Source: an uncultured Helicobacter sp. (lineage in GTDB: Bacteria > Campylobacterota > Campylobacteria > Campylobacterales > Helicobacteraceae). From it: 64,000 bases of DNA. Under the pieces are notes generated by a model. The model was given only the letters and a program-made list of their open reading frames with translations, was not told the DNA's origin and made no database searches. Position numbers and translations under genes: made by a program. Positions 54,911 to 64,000 of the stretch are shown in pieces; the stretch's first letter is position 1; each line of letters starts with the position of its first letter. The stretch lies in the NCBI GenBank assembly GCA_944323645.1, contig CALUTE010000001.1, forward strand, positions 138,466 to 202,465, given 5' to 3'.

Positions 54911-55792
54911 ATGCGAATATTGATGATTGTGGCGATGATGGGTTGGGGGCTTGTATGGCCACTTTCAAAAATGCTTATTGATTATGGAACACCTGAACAA
55001 ATTGCTGCACTTCGATTTTTACTTGTTTCTCTATGTTTTTTGCCTATTATATTTATTTTTAGGATTTCTTTTGTAATACCACTTAAAGCACTTATTCCTA
55101 CATTACTAACAGGTGTGCTTAATGCACTTTATTCGTATTTGATGTATGTGGGTATGCCCTATGGAGATGCAGGCAATGCGGGTGTTATCACAGAAGTACT
55201 AGCACCGATTATGGCAGCATTTTTATGGAGTGCCTATCGCAAAGAGCATTTAAGTGTGCGCAAACGGTGGGGATTATTGCTTGGTGTACTTGCAGGAGCC
55301 ATACTTGTAAATTTATTTGGTGATATTACTTCGCTTTTGCATATCTTTCATATTGTTTATTTACTTGCCGCGCTTGATTGGGCGTTTTTAATGATCACTT
55401 CGCGCCTTGCGACAGAATCTATAAATGCAATATCACTAAACTTTTATGCGAGTCTTATTACATTTATTCTGCTTTGCCCATCGCTTATATCCAACTCAAG
55501 CGACCAAATTCTTTCAGCATCATATGAGTTTTGGATTTGGCTCTTGCTTGTGGCAGTGTTTTGTACGGTATTTTCTACAACAATTTTCTATAAAGCATTA
55601 TTTGTACTTGGTGTAGTAGAAGGTGGTATTTATGCTTTGCTTGTGCCAGTTTTTGCACTATTTTTTTCGTATATTTTGCTTGGTGAAGTACCACATTGGC
55701 ACACAATTTTAGGTGGAATTCTAGCAGTTGGAAGTATTTATATCATTAATTATTTAGGGCAAAATCCCTTTGTACGAAAGAAAAAAGTATGA
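54911..55792 (+). CDS. EamA/DMT-superfamily transporter
   Basis: 293 aa, 10 predicted TM helices in a two-fold repeat arrangement typical of EamA. Confidence 0.75.
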   Translation: MRILMIVAMMGWGLVWPLSKMLIDYGTPEQIAALRFLLVSLCFLPIIFIFRISFVIPLKALIPTLLTGVLNALYSYLMYVGMPYGDAGNAGVITEVLAPIMAAFLWSAYRKEHLSVRKRWGLLLGVLAGAILVNLFGDITSLLHIFHIVYLLAALDWAFLMITSRLATESINAISLNFYASLITFILLCPSLISNSSDQILSASYEFWIWLLLVAVFCTVFSTTIFYKALFVLGVVEGGIYALLVPVFALFFSYILLGEVPHWHTILGGILAVGSIYIINYLGQNPFVRKKKV

Positions 55793-55922
55793 TTATTTGC
55801 TAAGATCGTGCTACTTTTAGTAAAATGATAGTGGTTAGAGGATTGCTTACGGCAAAAAATAGCAGAATGTACGTTAGAATAGCTGGGTCGTTAAGTTCGG
55901 AATACACAACAAAGGATAGCTG

Positions 55923-56360
55923 ATGAAAAAAATTGCATTAAGTGTTGCACTTGCAGGTGCTTTAGTGAGTGGAGTGTTTGCGGAAGCCAATAAACAAACA
56001 GGTTGCGGTCTAGGGTCATACCTCATCGATCAAGAAGGGCTTGTATGGTATGTACTGCAATATACAACAAACAACTCTTCTGGAACACAAACATTCGGTA
56101 TTTCTTCGGGAACACTTGGTTGCAAAGAAGCAAAACTTGTTATGGATTCAAGGGTGCAAGAATTTGTCGCTTCCAATATGGACGCACTTTCTAAAGAAAT
56201 CGCACAAGGCAAAGGCGAATCGCTCGATACGCTTGTAGAACTTCTTAATGTAGCTGATAAAAAAGCTTTTAAAGTTGCCCTTCAAGAAAACTACAATAAA
56301 CTCTACACAAGCAAGGATGCGGAAATGGCAGATGTGCTTGATAATGTAGCACAACTCTAA
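55923..56360 (+). CDS. DUF3015-like secreted protein
   Basis: 145 aa with a signal peptide (ALAGALVSGVFA). The GCGLGS...GTQTFGISSGTLGC pattern is recalled for DUF3015. Confidence 0.65.
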   Translation: MKKIALSVALAGALVSGVFAEANKQTGCGLGSYLIDQEGLVWYVLQYTTNNSSGTQTFGISSGTLGCKEAKLVMDSRVQEFVASNMDALSKEIAQGKGESLDTLVELLNVADKKAFKVALQENYNKLYTSKDAEMADVLDNVAQL

Positions 56361-56369
56361 TCCCTCTTT

Positions 56370-56402
56370 CTAGATTCTGCCATAGAATCTAGCCCTTTTT
56401 TT
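56370..56402 (+). terminator. Rho-independent terminator built from an inverted pair of the AGANTCT motif
   Basis: CTAGATTCT (56370-56378), loop GCCAT, AGAATCTAG (56384-56392), then CCC plus T7 (56396-56402). Lies 10 nt after the stop of the preceding gene. Confidence 0.8.
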
Positions 56403-56417
56403 AGCACACTTTGTCTA

Positions 56418-58370
56418 ATGAAGCTATGCATATTATTGCTATTTTGTACACTGCAGCTTTTTGCCCTCTCTCAAGATGAAGCAATCCAAAAAGCTCTTAA
56501 ATTACAGCTCTATAGTTCAAAACAATGGCTTGATTTGCTACACTTTAATGGTAGAAAAAGCGAGATAGATTCTGCTGACTTTTTTTATGCACCAAATGGA
56601 CACCGCGATCCAAAGGCAGAGCTTATAGCCACGATTAAAGCGTTTTATCAGGAGGTGGATTCTGTCGTTGTACCACAAGATTTCATACAAAAAATCTCTA
56701 AAGCAAACACCTTGTTAGATTCTGCCACCACCTCACTTCCCAAGCGATCAGTACTCAAAGAAGACTACCACGCACTCTGTCGTTTTCCCGCACGTTTTTT
56801 TTATCTAAATTCTATCCTCAATTTTGATAGCTTGCCACATTTGGAATGCGATGAGTTTAATACAATGCGCGCTTATATCAATCCTAAAAGTGCAAGCCTA
56901 ATCTTTCCTTCTGCTCATATTAATTCACCTGCATCAATGTTTGGGCATACATTTTTACTGCTTAATTCTAGTTTTGACTCGCGTTTGCTTGCCTTTGCAT
57001 TAAATTATCAAGCTGCTGCTGATCCAAAAGTAGAAAATGCTTTTATTTTTACTTTTAAAGGGCTTTTTGGGCTTTATTCTGGGCAATATTCCCTCCTGCC
57101 TTATTATGACAAAATCAAAGAGTATGCAGATGTAGAAAACCGCGATATATGGGAGTTTGATCTGAATCTAACACAAGAAGAAATTGCGCAGATGTACCGC
57201 CATATTTGGGAGCTTAGCGATAGCACATCGGCGTATTATTTTTTCCACAGAAATTGCTCATATAATATTTTATGGCTTTTAGAGGTGGCACGCCCAAATT
57301 TAAGACTACGACAACAATTCGCACATCAAGTCAATCCACCAGAAACACTCTTTGTCATACAAAACGCACATCTTATTACCAAAGAAACATACCGACCAAG
57401 CAAACGTTCAAAGCTCCTAGCGTATGAGAAAAAAATGCGCCTACAAGATGTTATAAAAGCAAAAAAGGTAGCGCGTGGCAAGCTCGCCCCACAAGCAATC
57501 CTTGATAACAATCATCTAAGTCTCATACAAAAACAATACATTCTAGAATCTAGTCTTGAAATGAGTGAGTATTGGTATATGAAAAGCAAACTCACAAACG
57601 AAAACTACACAAGCATTATTTATGAGAGTGCCTCTGCACGATCAAAGCTTGGGGAGAGCGAAGCGCCCCAAATCCCACAGCCTCGATCGCCACTCTATGC
57701 CAATCAGGGCTTGCGCATAAGCCCGATGTATGTTTTGACACAAGATTCTAGTGGCTACACTACGCAGGGCTTGGGGCTAGATTTTCGCCTAACTTTTCAC
57801 GATATAAGCGACAATGACATCGGCTATCTTAAGGGCGCGCAAATCGAGCTGCTAAAAGTTCTCGCCCACACGGGGCTAGATTCTGCAAACAACAGCTATG
57901 CAAAAATCCATAGTGCTACTATTTTTTCTATCGCATCTTTTGGAATGATTAGCAAATTTTTCACGCCACTTTCTTATCGGATTGATACAGGGTTTTCTCG
58001 GCAGTTTTTGCAGCCAGAGCTGCGCTACTACCTCGCACCAAGTATAGGAGCTACATTTAGCATAACACGTAGTGGCTATGTGTATTATCTCTTAGAGCCC
58101 ACACTGTATCTAAACGCCCTGCAGCTTCCACGTTTTGCACTCTCAAATGTCTTTGGGCTTGTGCTAGGCAACGATAAGCGCACAAAGCTAGCCCTAGAAT
58201 ACAAGCTAAAGGGCTATGATATCGCCCTTTTTGGACATTATATAAGTGCAACCACTTCTTTTAATCTTTGGCAAAATCTTGGGTTATTTCTCACGCTAGA
58301 ATCTAACATTTTGCCTAGAGAGTATCCCTCCCACTACGCACTTCAGAGCGGGCTTAGAATCTATTTTTAG
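56418..58370 (+). CDS. DUF4105 (Lnb N-terminal periplasmic domain)-like protein with putative C-terminal beta-barrel
   Basis: 650 aa with a signal peptide. SMFGHTFLLLNS motif and NCSYNILWLLE block as in DUF4105. The C-terminal roughly 230 aa show an alternating hydrophobic pattern and end in ...GLRIYF. Confidence 0.65.
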   Translation: MKLCILLLFCTLQLFALSQDEAIQKALKLQLYSSKQWLDLLHFNGRKSEIDSADFFYAPNGHRDPKAELIATIKAFYQEVDSVVVPQDFIQKISKANTLLDSATTSLPKRSVLKEDYHALCRFPARFFYLNSILNFDSLPHLECDEFNTMRAYINPKSASLIFPSAHINSPASMFGHTFLLLNSSFDSRLLAFALNYQAAADPKVENAFIFTFKGLFGLYSGQYSLLPYYDKIKEYADVENRDIWEFDLNLTQEEIAQMYRHIWELSDSTSAYYFFHRNCSYNILWLLEVARPNLRLRQQFAHQVNPPETLFVIQNAHLITKETYRPSKRSKLLAYEKKMRLQDVIKAKKVARGKLAPQAILDNNHLSLIQKQYILESSLEMSEYWYMKSKLTNENYTSIIYESASARSKLGESEAPQIPQPRSPLYANQGLRISPMYVLTQDSSGYTTQGLGLDFRLTFHDISDNDIGYLKGAQIELLKVLAHTGLDSANNSYAKIHSATIFSIASFGMISKFFTPLSYRIDTGFSRQFLQPELRYYLAPSIGATFSITRSGYVYYLLEPTLYLNALQLPRFALSNVFGLVLGNDKRTKLALEYKLKGYDIALFGHYISATTSFNLWQNLGLFLTLESNILPREYPSHYALQSGLRIYF

Positions 58371-58595
58371 CCACATTAAAACCACTCACCACCATTTAAG
58401 CAAAATCAAAAACACAATCACAACACAGAATCTATGCTAGATTCTAGCTTGGCTGCTTACTATCGCTAAGATTTTGCGCTCCAAGGTGGCATAAATTTTC
58501 TACAATATACGTGGCATATTAAGTAGATTCCAAACATTAGCGCGCTAGAATCTTGTATCGCGTAGAATCTTATCGCTTAGTCTAGGGTGCTTACA

Positions 58596-59510
58596 ATGCT
58601 TGTTGCTATTTATAGTATTTTTGTGTTTATCTTTTTGGGATACTTTGCGCGCAGAATGCGAATGCTTGGCAATCGACAGGGCAATATTTTGCTTGGGTTT
58701 TTACTAAACTTTGCCCTGCCTAGCGCGATTTTTAAAGGTGTTTATCATTCGAGTATTAATCTTGAGTTAGTGCTTACACTTCTTGGCGCGCTATGTTGTT
58801 CGCTTGGGTGTGGAGCGCTTATGTATGTACTAGCACGCAAGTTTTTTGGTTGCATACAACCAGTAGCACTGACACTTGCCTTTCTTGTAACCTTACATAA
58901 TACTCTCTTTCTTGGCGTGCCTATGGTGTATGGTGCTGTTGGGCTTGAGGCATCTCACAAAGCGATTTTGTTTGATCAGCTCTGCACAGGCTTACCTCTT
59001 GCTATCCTCACGCCAATTCTTATGAGTCTAAATGGCAAAGGAAAATTCAATATACGTGCTGTGCTGATACGCCTATTTGCAAACCCGCTATTTTTATCTA
59101 TGCTTAGTGGGCTTGCACTAAAATTCCTGCCCATAGAAATTCCAGAGGATGTCTTTGCGCCAATCAATGCGCTTGCAGCGTGTGCTACGCCGGTGGCACT
59201 TTTTGCTATTGGTGTGCAGCTTAATTTCAAAGAAGTGCGCACAGAGTGGAAAAACGCCCTGCTTGTGCTTGTGTTTAGTATGCTCATAACCCCAGCACTC
59301 TATCTTGCTAGCCTACACATTTTACATATTCCAATCAGCAGCGACCACCAAATGGCACTTATCGAGCTTTCTATGCCTCCACTTATCAGCTCTGCTGCGG
59401 TTATTGCTCGAGCAGGGCTCAACCAAAAAATCGCGATTGCCTCAATCGTTTTAGGAATCGCACTTAGCGCACTCAATGTGCCTTTATGGAAATATTTAAG
59501 TTGTTTGTGA
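58596..59510 (+). CDS. AEC (auxin efflux carrier) family transporter
   Basis: About 304 aa, about 10 TM helices. The N-terminus (IFVFIFLGYFARR) is typical of the AEC family. An alternative GTG start lies at 58587. Confidence 0.75.
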   Translation: MLVAIYSIFVFIFLGYFARRMRMLGNRQGNILLGFLLNFALPSAIFKGVYHSSINLELVLTLLGALCCSLGCGALMYVLARKFFGCIQPVALTLAFLVTLHNTLFLGVPMVYGAVGLEASHKAILFDQLCTGLPLAILTPILMSLNGKGKFNIRAVLIRLFANPLFLSMLSGLALKFLPIEIPEDVFAPINALAACATPVALFAIGVQLNFKEVRTEWKNALLVLVFSMLITPALYLASLHILHIPISSDHQMALIELSMPPLISSAAVIARAGLNQKIAIASIVLGIALSALNVPLWKYLSCL

Positions 59511-59554
59511 AAACAACCTATAATACCAACTCTAAAATTACTAAAGGAGCTAGT

Positions 59555-60763
59555 ATGATGCAAGAAAAATTCAAAACATTTGTCGCACGCACACAAAGCT
59601 TACCCGATTACAAAGAACCACTTGGGTTTGGCATAGCACGCTTGGAATTTGGGCAAAAAAGTGGTGCAACTCTTAGCGCGACATATCCTCTGCTAAATTG
59701 GAAAGGAGAGAATCTAGGGAGCTATGCGGTGTTTTTTGAGGCAATGCAGTGTGGTGAGATTATAAGCGAGAGTGAGAGCGAAAAAGTTGTCGCAATTAAT
59801 CAAGAATTTGTAGCAAAGGCATTAGAGCTGTATGAGCCATTTTTAGCAGAATCGCTTAATAACAAAAACACGCACAAAAATATCCAAGTCGCGCTTGAAC
59901 TAAACAGAGCCCTCGCGCGAGGCGAGCTATTTGCGCCAAATGGCAAGGCACGCTACCATTTTTGTGTACTCTACCAAGATAGTAAATGTGCAAGTGTTGA
60001 GAGTGCATATATGAAACTTCTTGCCCTCTCACTTGGCAAAGCTCCTTTGCGCTCGTTGAATTTAGATGGAATCTTTGGGCTCTTGCAAAATGTCGCTTGG
60101 AGTGGCAACACACCTTATGAGCTAGAATGGTTACGCGACAATGAAATCGAACTAAAAATGCGTGGTGAGCTACCAAATATTGATTTTGTTGATAAATTTC
60201 CGCGCTACCTTATGCAAGTACTACCGCAATACGACAATATCCGCCTCCTAGATTCTGCTAAAACGCGCTTTGGAGCGTATCTTGGAAGCGGTGGCTATAC
60301 ACAAATGCCCGGTGCAAGCTATGTGAATTTCAACGCAGGCGCGCTTGGAGCGTGTATGAATGAAGGGCGTATTAGCTCAAGCGTAGTTGTTGGTGAAGGA
60401 AGCGATATTGGTGGCGGAGCGAGTATTTTGGGTGTGCTAAGCGGTGGAAACAGCGAGCCAATCAGTATTGGAAAAAACTGCCTGCTTGGCGTGAATAGCT
60501 CAACAGGCATCAGCCTTGGAGATGGGTGCATTGTCGATGGTGGTATTGCGGTGCTTGCTGGGACTATCTTTGCGATTGAGCGCGCAGAAGCCGAGAAGAT
60601 AGCTCAAATCAACGAAGGCTTCAATATTCACGATAATGGCTTATACAAAGGGCGCGATCTCTCTGGAAAAAATGGTATCCACTTCCGCCAAGACGCAAAA
60701 AGCGGCAAAATGATAGCCTTTAGAAGTAATAGAAAAATTGAGCTAAACCAAGCACTGCATTGA
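59555..60763 (+). CDS. dapD: 2,3,4,5-Tetrahydropyridine-2,6-dicarboxylate N-succinyltransferase (long epsilonproteobacterial form)
   Basis: About 402 aa from MMQEKF after aaaggag. C-terminal hexapeptide-repeat left-handed beta-helix (VVVGEGSDIGGGASILGVLSGG...IGKNCLLGVNSSTGISLGDGCIVDGG). Confidence 0.8.
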   Translation: MMQEKFKTFVARTQSLPDYKEPLGFGIARLEFGQKSGATLSATYPLLNWKGENLGSYAVFFEAMQCGEIISESESEKVVAINQEFVAKALELYEPFLAESLNNKNTHKNIQVALELNRALARGELFAPNGKARYHFCVLYQDSKCASVESAYMKLLALSLGKAPLRSLNLDGIFGLLQNVAWSGNTPYELEWLRDNEIELKMRGELPNIDFVDKFPRYLMQVLPQYDNIRLLDSAKTRFGAYLGSGGYTQMPGASYVNFNAGALGACMNEGRISSSVVVGEGSDIGGGASILGVLSGGNSEPISIGKNCLLGVNSSTGISLGDGCIVDGGIAVLAGTIFAIERAEAEKIAQINEGFNIHDNGLYKGRDLSGKNGIHFRQDAKSGKMIAFRSNRKIELNQALH

Positions 60764-61067
60764 TTTAAGATTCTAAAGCAGATTCTAAAAAGGTGGCGTA
60801 ATGCAATTATTGCAAAATAAATACAAAGCAAAATACAAGCCTAGCCTTTTTAGATTCTAAGACAAAATCCAACATATCTCAATGCTAGATGTATGACTAC
60901 TTAAAACTGGAATCTTTTGTGTATTTAGTGGTTATTTAGAAGGGAGTACGCCAGATTATAACCCATAGCTAGCAAGAGGTAGCACATAAATCAAAGCCTC
61001 TTAAAATGACACCAAATAAGCACCAAGATTTTGTTATAATTTCTCAAAATTACTCAAAGGTTTTGTT

Positions 61068-62555
61068 TTGACTTTTAGTACTCAAGCATCTTCTATACGC
61101 CCTTATGTGCTTGTGATTTGCTGTATCCTCGTAGCATTAAGCGTGGCAATACTGCCGTTTTGCTTTAGCTATATTTCAATCAAACTCCCTGTGAATCTGC
61201 TTTTTATCGCGCTTGGGCTGTTTGTGATAGTGTATGCACGCTCAATCAATATGCAGGAGTTTAAAGCAATTTGGCTTGTGCTTGTGTGTTTGATTCTTGT
61301 GATAGGCATAGCCTATCTTTCACTCTACTTTGCATACAATATCGGAGCAACCAAGCAAGCTATACGACAGTACTTGCTAGAGCCAAGTCTGTTCTTGCTG
61401 ATGAGTTATCTTATTGTAAGGCGACTAAACGACAAAGAGCTTATGCTATTTTTTGTACTGCTTTGTGTGGCGCTGTGCTATCACCCCTTAGTTACTTTGT
61501 ATGATTTTTTTAGCTCAAAAGCGTTTGCTAAAAGTGGCTTTAACACCATAGGCTATTATCGTGCAATGTTGCCGCACTACCATACTCCAGCAACAGTGTA
61601 TGCGTTTTATTTGCTTGTTACGCTTGGAATGAGTTTATCACTTGCTATTTTTATGCGAGGTGTTTGGCGATTGGCAGCAGTTGGGTTTGTGCTGCTTTGT
61701 TTTGGAGCAATCATCGCAAATGGTGGAAGATTTGCGCTTTTATCAGCACTTGTTATACTCCTTAGCCCTCTTTTGCTTTATAGTTACACACACAAGCGCG
61801 CTATTGTACTAGGTGTTTTTGTGGCATTGTGTGTAGGGTTTGGTGCATTGTATGCAGTTAGTGAAAAATGGGGTGCGCGCTATAATTTTCATTCTATGAT
61901 AAATAATTTCTACAGCATTTGGAACACACCCCCTGCTGAAATGGGTAAGTATAACAAAGGCTGCAAGGCTACCAACTGCTCACCACATTCTCTTGATAAG
62001 CCTTCAGACATTTCTATGGAATACTCAAGTCTATCAAGAATCTCTATGCTCAAATCTAGCATTCTTGCTATTTTAGAAAACCCCTTGCGCCCCAATGGCT
62101 TTCATTTCCAGCAATTTCCTTATAATATACAAAACATCTTTCCACTAGATAGCATAAACCACCCTTTCCCTATTGCCTCTAAGGGAGGTGAGCGTATCTT
62201 TCCGCACGCACACAACCACAACCACATTGTATCTTTTTGGTTTGAGCTTGGAGCAATTGGGTTTCTTTGTGTTGCGCTAGTTGTGTGGGTTTTGCTGCGC
62301 AATCTTTATACTTTGCATATCCCACTTACACACCCTCACCAAGCCAGAATCTCTCCGCTTCGTGCGTGTATGCTAAGTGGTATTGGTTTTAGTATCGTAG
62401 GGCTTGTGGTAGCAAATATTTTTGATTGTATCCCGGTGCGTGATGGGCATTTGATATTGTTTTTGCTTTTTGGTACTATGCTTGCACTACAACACCCTGC
62501 CAACATACAATCTTCAAAGGATAACTATGCTACAAACAATCAAACAGCGTTATGA
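61068..62555 (+). CDS. O-antigen ligase/polymerase (Wzy_C domain) family membrane protein
   Basis: 495 aa with TTG start and >=10 TM helices. A large periplasmic loop is followed by HAHNHNHIVSFWFELGAIGF, resembling the WaaL/Wzy_C H-x-HN...E-G-G signature. Confidence 0.7.
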   Translation: MTFSTQASSIRPYVLVICCILVALSVAILPFCFSYISIKLPVNLLFIALGLFVIVYARSINMQEFKAIWLVLVCLILVIGIAYLSLYFAYNIGATKQAIRQYLLEPSLFLLMSYLIVRRLNDKELMLFFVLLCVALCYHPLVTLYDFFSSKAFAKSGFNTIGYYRAMLPHYHTPATVYAFYLLVTLGMSLSLAIFMRGVWRLAAVGFVLLCFGAIIANGGRFALLSALVILLSPLLLYSYTHKRAIVLGVFVALCVGFGALYAVSEKWGARYNFHSMINNFYSIWNTPPAEMGKYNKGCKATNCSPHSLDKPSDISMEYSSLSRISMLKSSILAILENPLRPNGFHFQQFPYNIQNIFPLDSINHPFPIASKGGERIFPHAHNHNHIVSFWFELGAIGFLCVALVVWVLLRNLYTLHIPLTHPHQARISPLRACMLSGIGFSIVGLVVANIFDCIPVRDGHLILFLLFGTMLALQHPANIQSSKDNYATNNQTAL

Positions 62556-63600
62556 CCTCCTAACAAATAAAGTTTTCACCCACCGCTACATAAAACGCAA
62601 CAACGAACAATTACTTAATCTCATAGGCTTTGTAGTGCTGTATAATGAAGGGGGGGGGGATTCACAAATTGCTAGAATCTTACGTAAGATTCTAGCGCGA
62701 TTTATTCGTTCTTGTTTGAAACGTGTTGGTAAGTTGTATTTTAAGGCGAGAGTGTTATTTGGGTTTGTGGATATGCCACAGCTAGAAATTGTACTAACGA
62801 CACGATGTTCTTTGCGCTGTGAGTCTTGTAGTAATCTTATGCAATATTTTGACACATCACACCATTTTACCACGAGTTTCGCGCTTATCAAAAACGATAT
62901 AGACACCTTGCTTAAACATATCTCAAGCGTTCGGGTGCTTCGTGTGCTTGGTGGTGAGCCACTTCTTTTTAAAGAATTACCACAGGTTATGCATTATCTT
63001 GCTTCTAAAAAACAAATAAAAGCAATAGAATTAATCACTAATGCTACGATTCCATTTTCAAAAGATTTATTAGAGTCATTGTGCTATAAAAAAACACGTG
63101 TGATTATTTCAGATTATAGTGCTAATGTTGAGTTAAAGCCTATTCTTAGACAAGAAGTCATTATCAAATCCTTGCAACAAAAGGGTGTGAAGTATATTTT
63201 CTATCATAGTGATAGTCTTTGGCGCGATACAGGACAGATTTATAAACGCAATCGCTCCAAAGAACTCATCAGAAAAAACTTCCTTGCTTGCGATATTCCC
63301 TGTGTTACTTTGATTGGGGCAAGTCATAGCGCGCAAGAAACGCAAAATGGCAAATTATTTGGCGGGATATTTATCTGTGCCTTAGCAAGCTCGCTTATCA
63401 AACTACGATCCACTCAAGAATTTGAGGGAGATTTTGTACGTTTAGATTCTGTGCAACTCTCTAGTGATATTTTGCGGTTTTATGCGCAAGACTTTTTTAA
63501 AGCTTGTGATTATTGCCCTAATAAATGGGAAGAATCTAAACCTATTCCTGTGGCATTACAGACAAAGAAAACTTTGAAGTTGGAGAATCCACACTGCTAG
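62527..63600 (+). CDS. Radical SAM protein (function unknown) carrying an in-frame G10 tract
   Basis: CX3CX2C motif (TTRCSLRCESCSN) and a C-terminal Cys cluster (ACDYCPNKW). ATG 62527 follows aaggataa and overlaps the upstream gene by 29 nt. The G10 encodes GGG(D). Confidence 0.75.
   Translation: MLQTIKQRYDLLTNKVFTHRYIKRNNEQLLNLIGFVVLYNEGGGDSQIARILRKILARFIRSCLKRVGKLYFKARVLFGFVDMPQLEIVLTTRCSLRCESCSNLMQYFDTSHHFTTSFALIKNDIDTLLKHISSVRVLRVLGGEPLLFKELPQVMHYLASKKQIKAIELITNATIPFSKDLLESLCYKKTRVIISDYSANVELKPILRQEVIIKSLQQKGVKYIFYHSDSLWRDTGQIYKRNRSKELIRKNFLACDIPCVTLIGASHSAQETQNGKLFGGIFICALASSLIKLRSTQEFEGDFVRLDSVQLSSDILRFYAQDFFKACDYCPNKWEESKPIPVALQTKKTLKLENPHC
62650..62659 (+). repeat. Homopolymeric G10 tract inside the radical SAM CDS (currently in-frame, ON)
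   Basis: gaa-gggggggggg-att, counted from the printed blocks. Confidence 0.85.
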
Positions 63601-63890
63601 ATTATACGCTAAATCTTGTTGGATTTGGGTGGGGTCTGCCAATTCTGCGCTTAGAATCTAAAAATTTTTAGGATCTGGGTTATCGCCTCAATGTGATGAT
63701 TTTATTCATTCTGAACTTGTACTGGCAAATGAAAAATCTACCAAACAATCAAGGCTTACCTAGAATCTAAAAAGTATTTGCTTCAAAAGCTCAATAATTA
63801 ATCTCTACCGGACTCCATTTTTATTTCTTTTCTTAGATTTTGCTTTACTAGAATACTATTTGCACTCAAAATCGCAACTATAATTTTTCG

Positions 63891-63903
63891 TTTTTTTTTT
63901 TTT
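63891..63903 (+). repeat. Homopolymeric T13 tract abutting a putative extended -10 promoter
   Basis: T run 63891-63903, immediately followed by gTGcTAGAAT (TG 63905-63906, TAGAAT 63908-63913). This is about 32 nt upstream of the ATG at 63945 with RBS aaggag. Confidence 0.6.
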
Positions 63904-63944
63904 GTGCTAGAATACGATCCACTACAACAAGGAGTATAGATTCT

Positions 63945-64000
63945 ATGTGCAAAGAGACAGCTACTCTTGCTATGACCCCTAGCCTTGTCTCTATCATTAT
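63945..64000 (+). CDS. 5' end of an unidentified CDS (runs off window)
   Basis: ATG 63945 lies 8 nt after aaggag and the frame is open to the window end (MCKETATLAMTPSLVSII...). Too short to identify. Confidence 0.4.
   Translation, partial: MCKETATLAMTPSLVSII

Overview
This is a chromosomal segment from an AT-rich Campylobacterota genome, most likely an enterohepatic-type Helicobacter. I infer that from gene content and local synteny recalled from H. pylori: mviN-cysS, comL/bamD-lon, recA-eno-(2 small genes)-aroK and nifS-nifU. Coding density is about 90% and most genes are housekeeping: murJ, cysS, lon, eno, recA, thrC, gap, argBD, rodA, accA-fabF-acpP-fabG, sdaCA, mraY-murD, valS and dapD.

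Accessory or niche content:
- nrfHA nitrite reductase.
- A methylcitrate (prpBCD) cluster led by a CoA-transferase, with a divergent novel HTH protein.
- A His-rich TonB-dependent receptor paired with a Fur-family regulator.
- An orphan three-domain Pnkp-type RNA-repair enzyme next to a tRNA(CAT).
- An LPS-type locus (O-antigen-ligase-like gene plus radical SAM gene).
- Three homopolymeric contingency tracts: G12, G10 and T13.

The most striking signal is not a gene. The palindromic word AGANTCT (N = A/T, extended consensus TTAGANTCTAA, with a GANTC core) is massively over-represented. I counted about 140-150 copies by eye in 64 kb, in genes and spacers, sometimes as inverted pairs that form terminator hairpins. 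This density and usage resemble DNA-uptake sequences.

I found no rRNA, CRISPR array, transposase or prophage. Start codons are inferred from RBS-like sequences and N-terminal plausibility. All family assignments are from motif recognition and memory, not searches.
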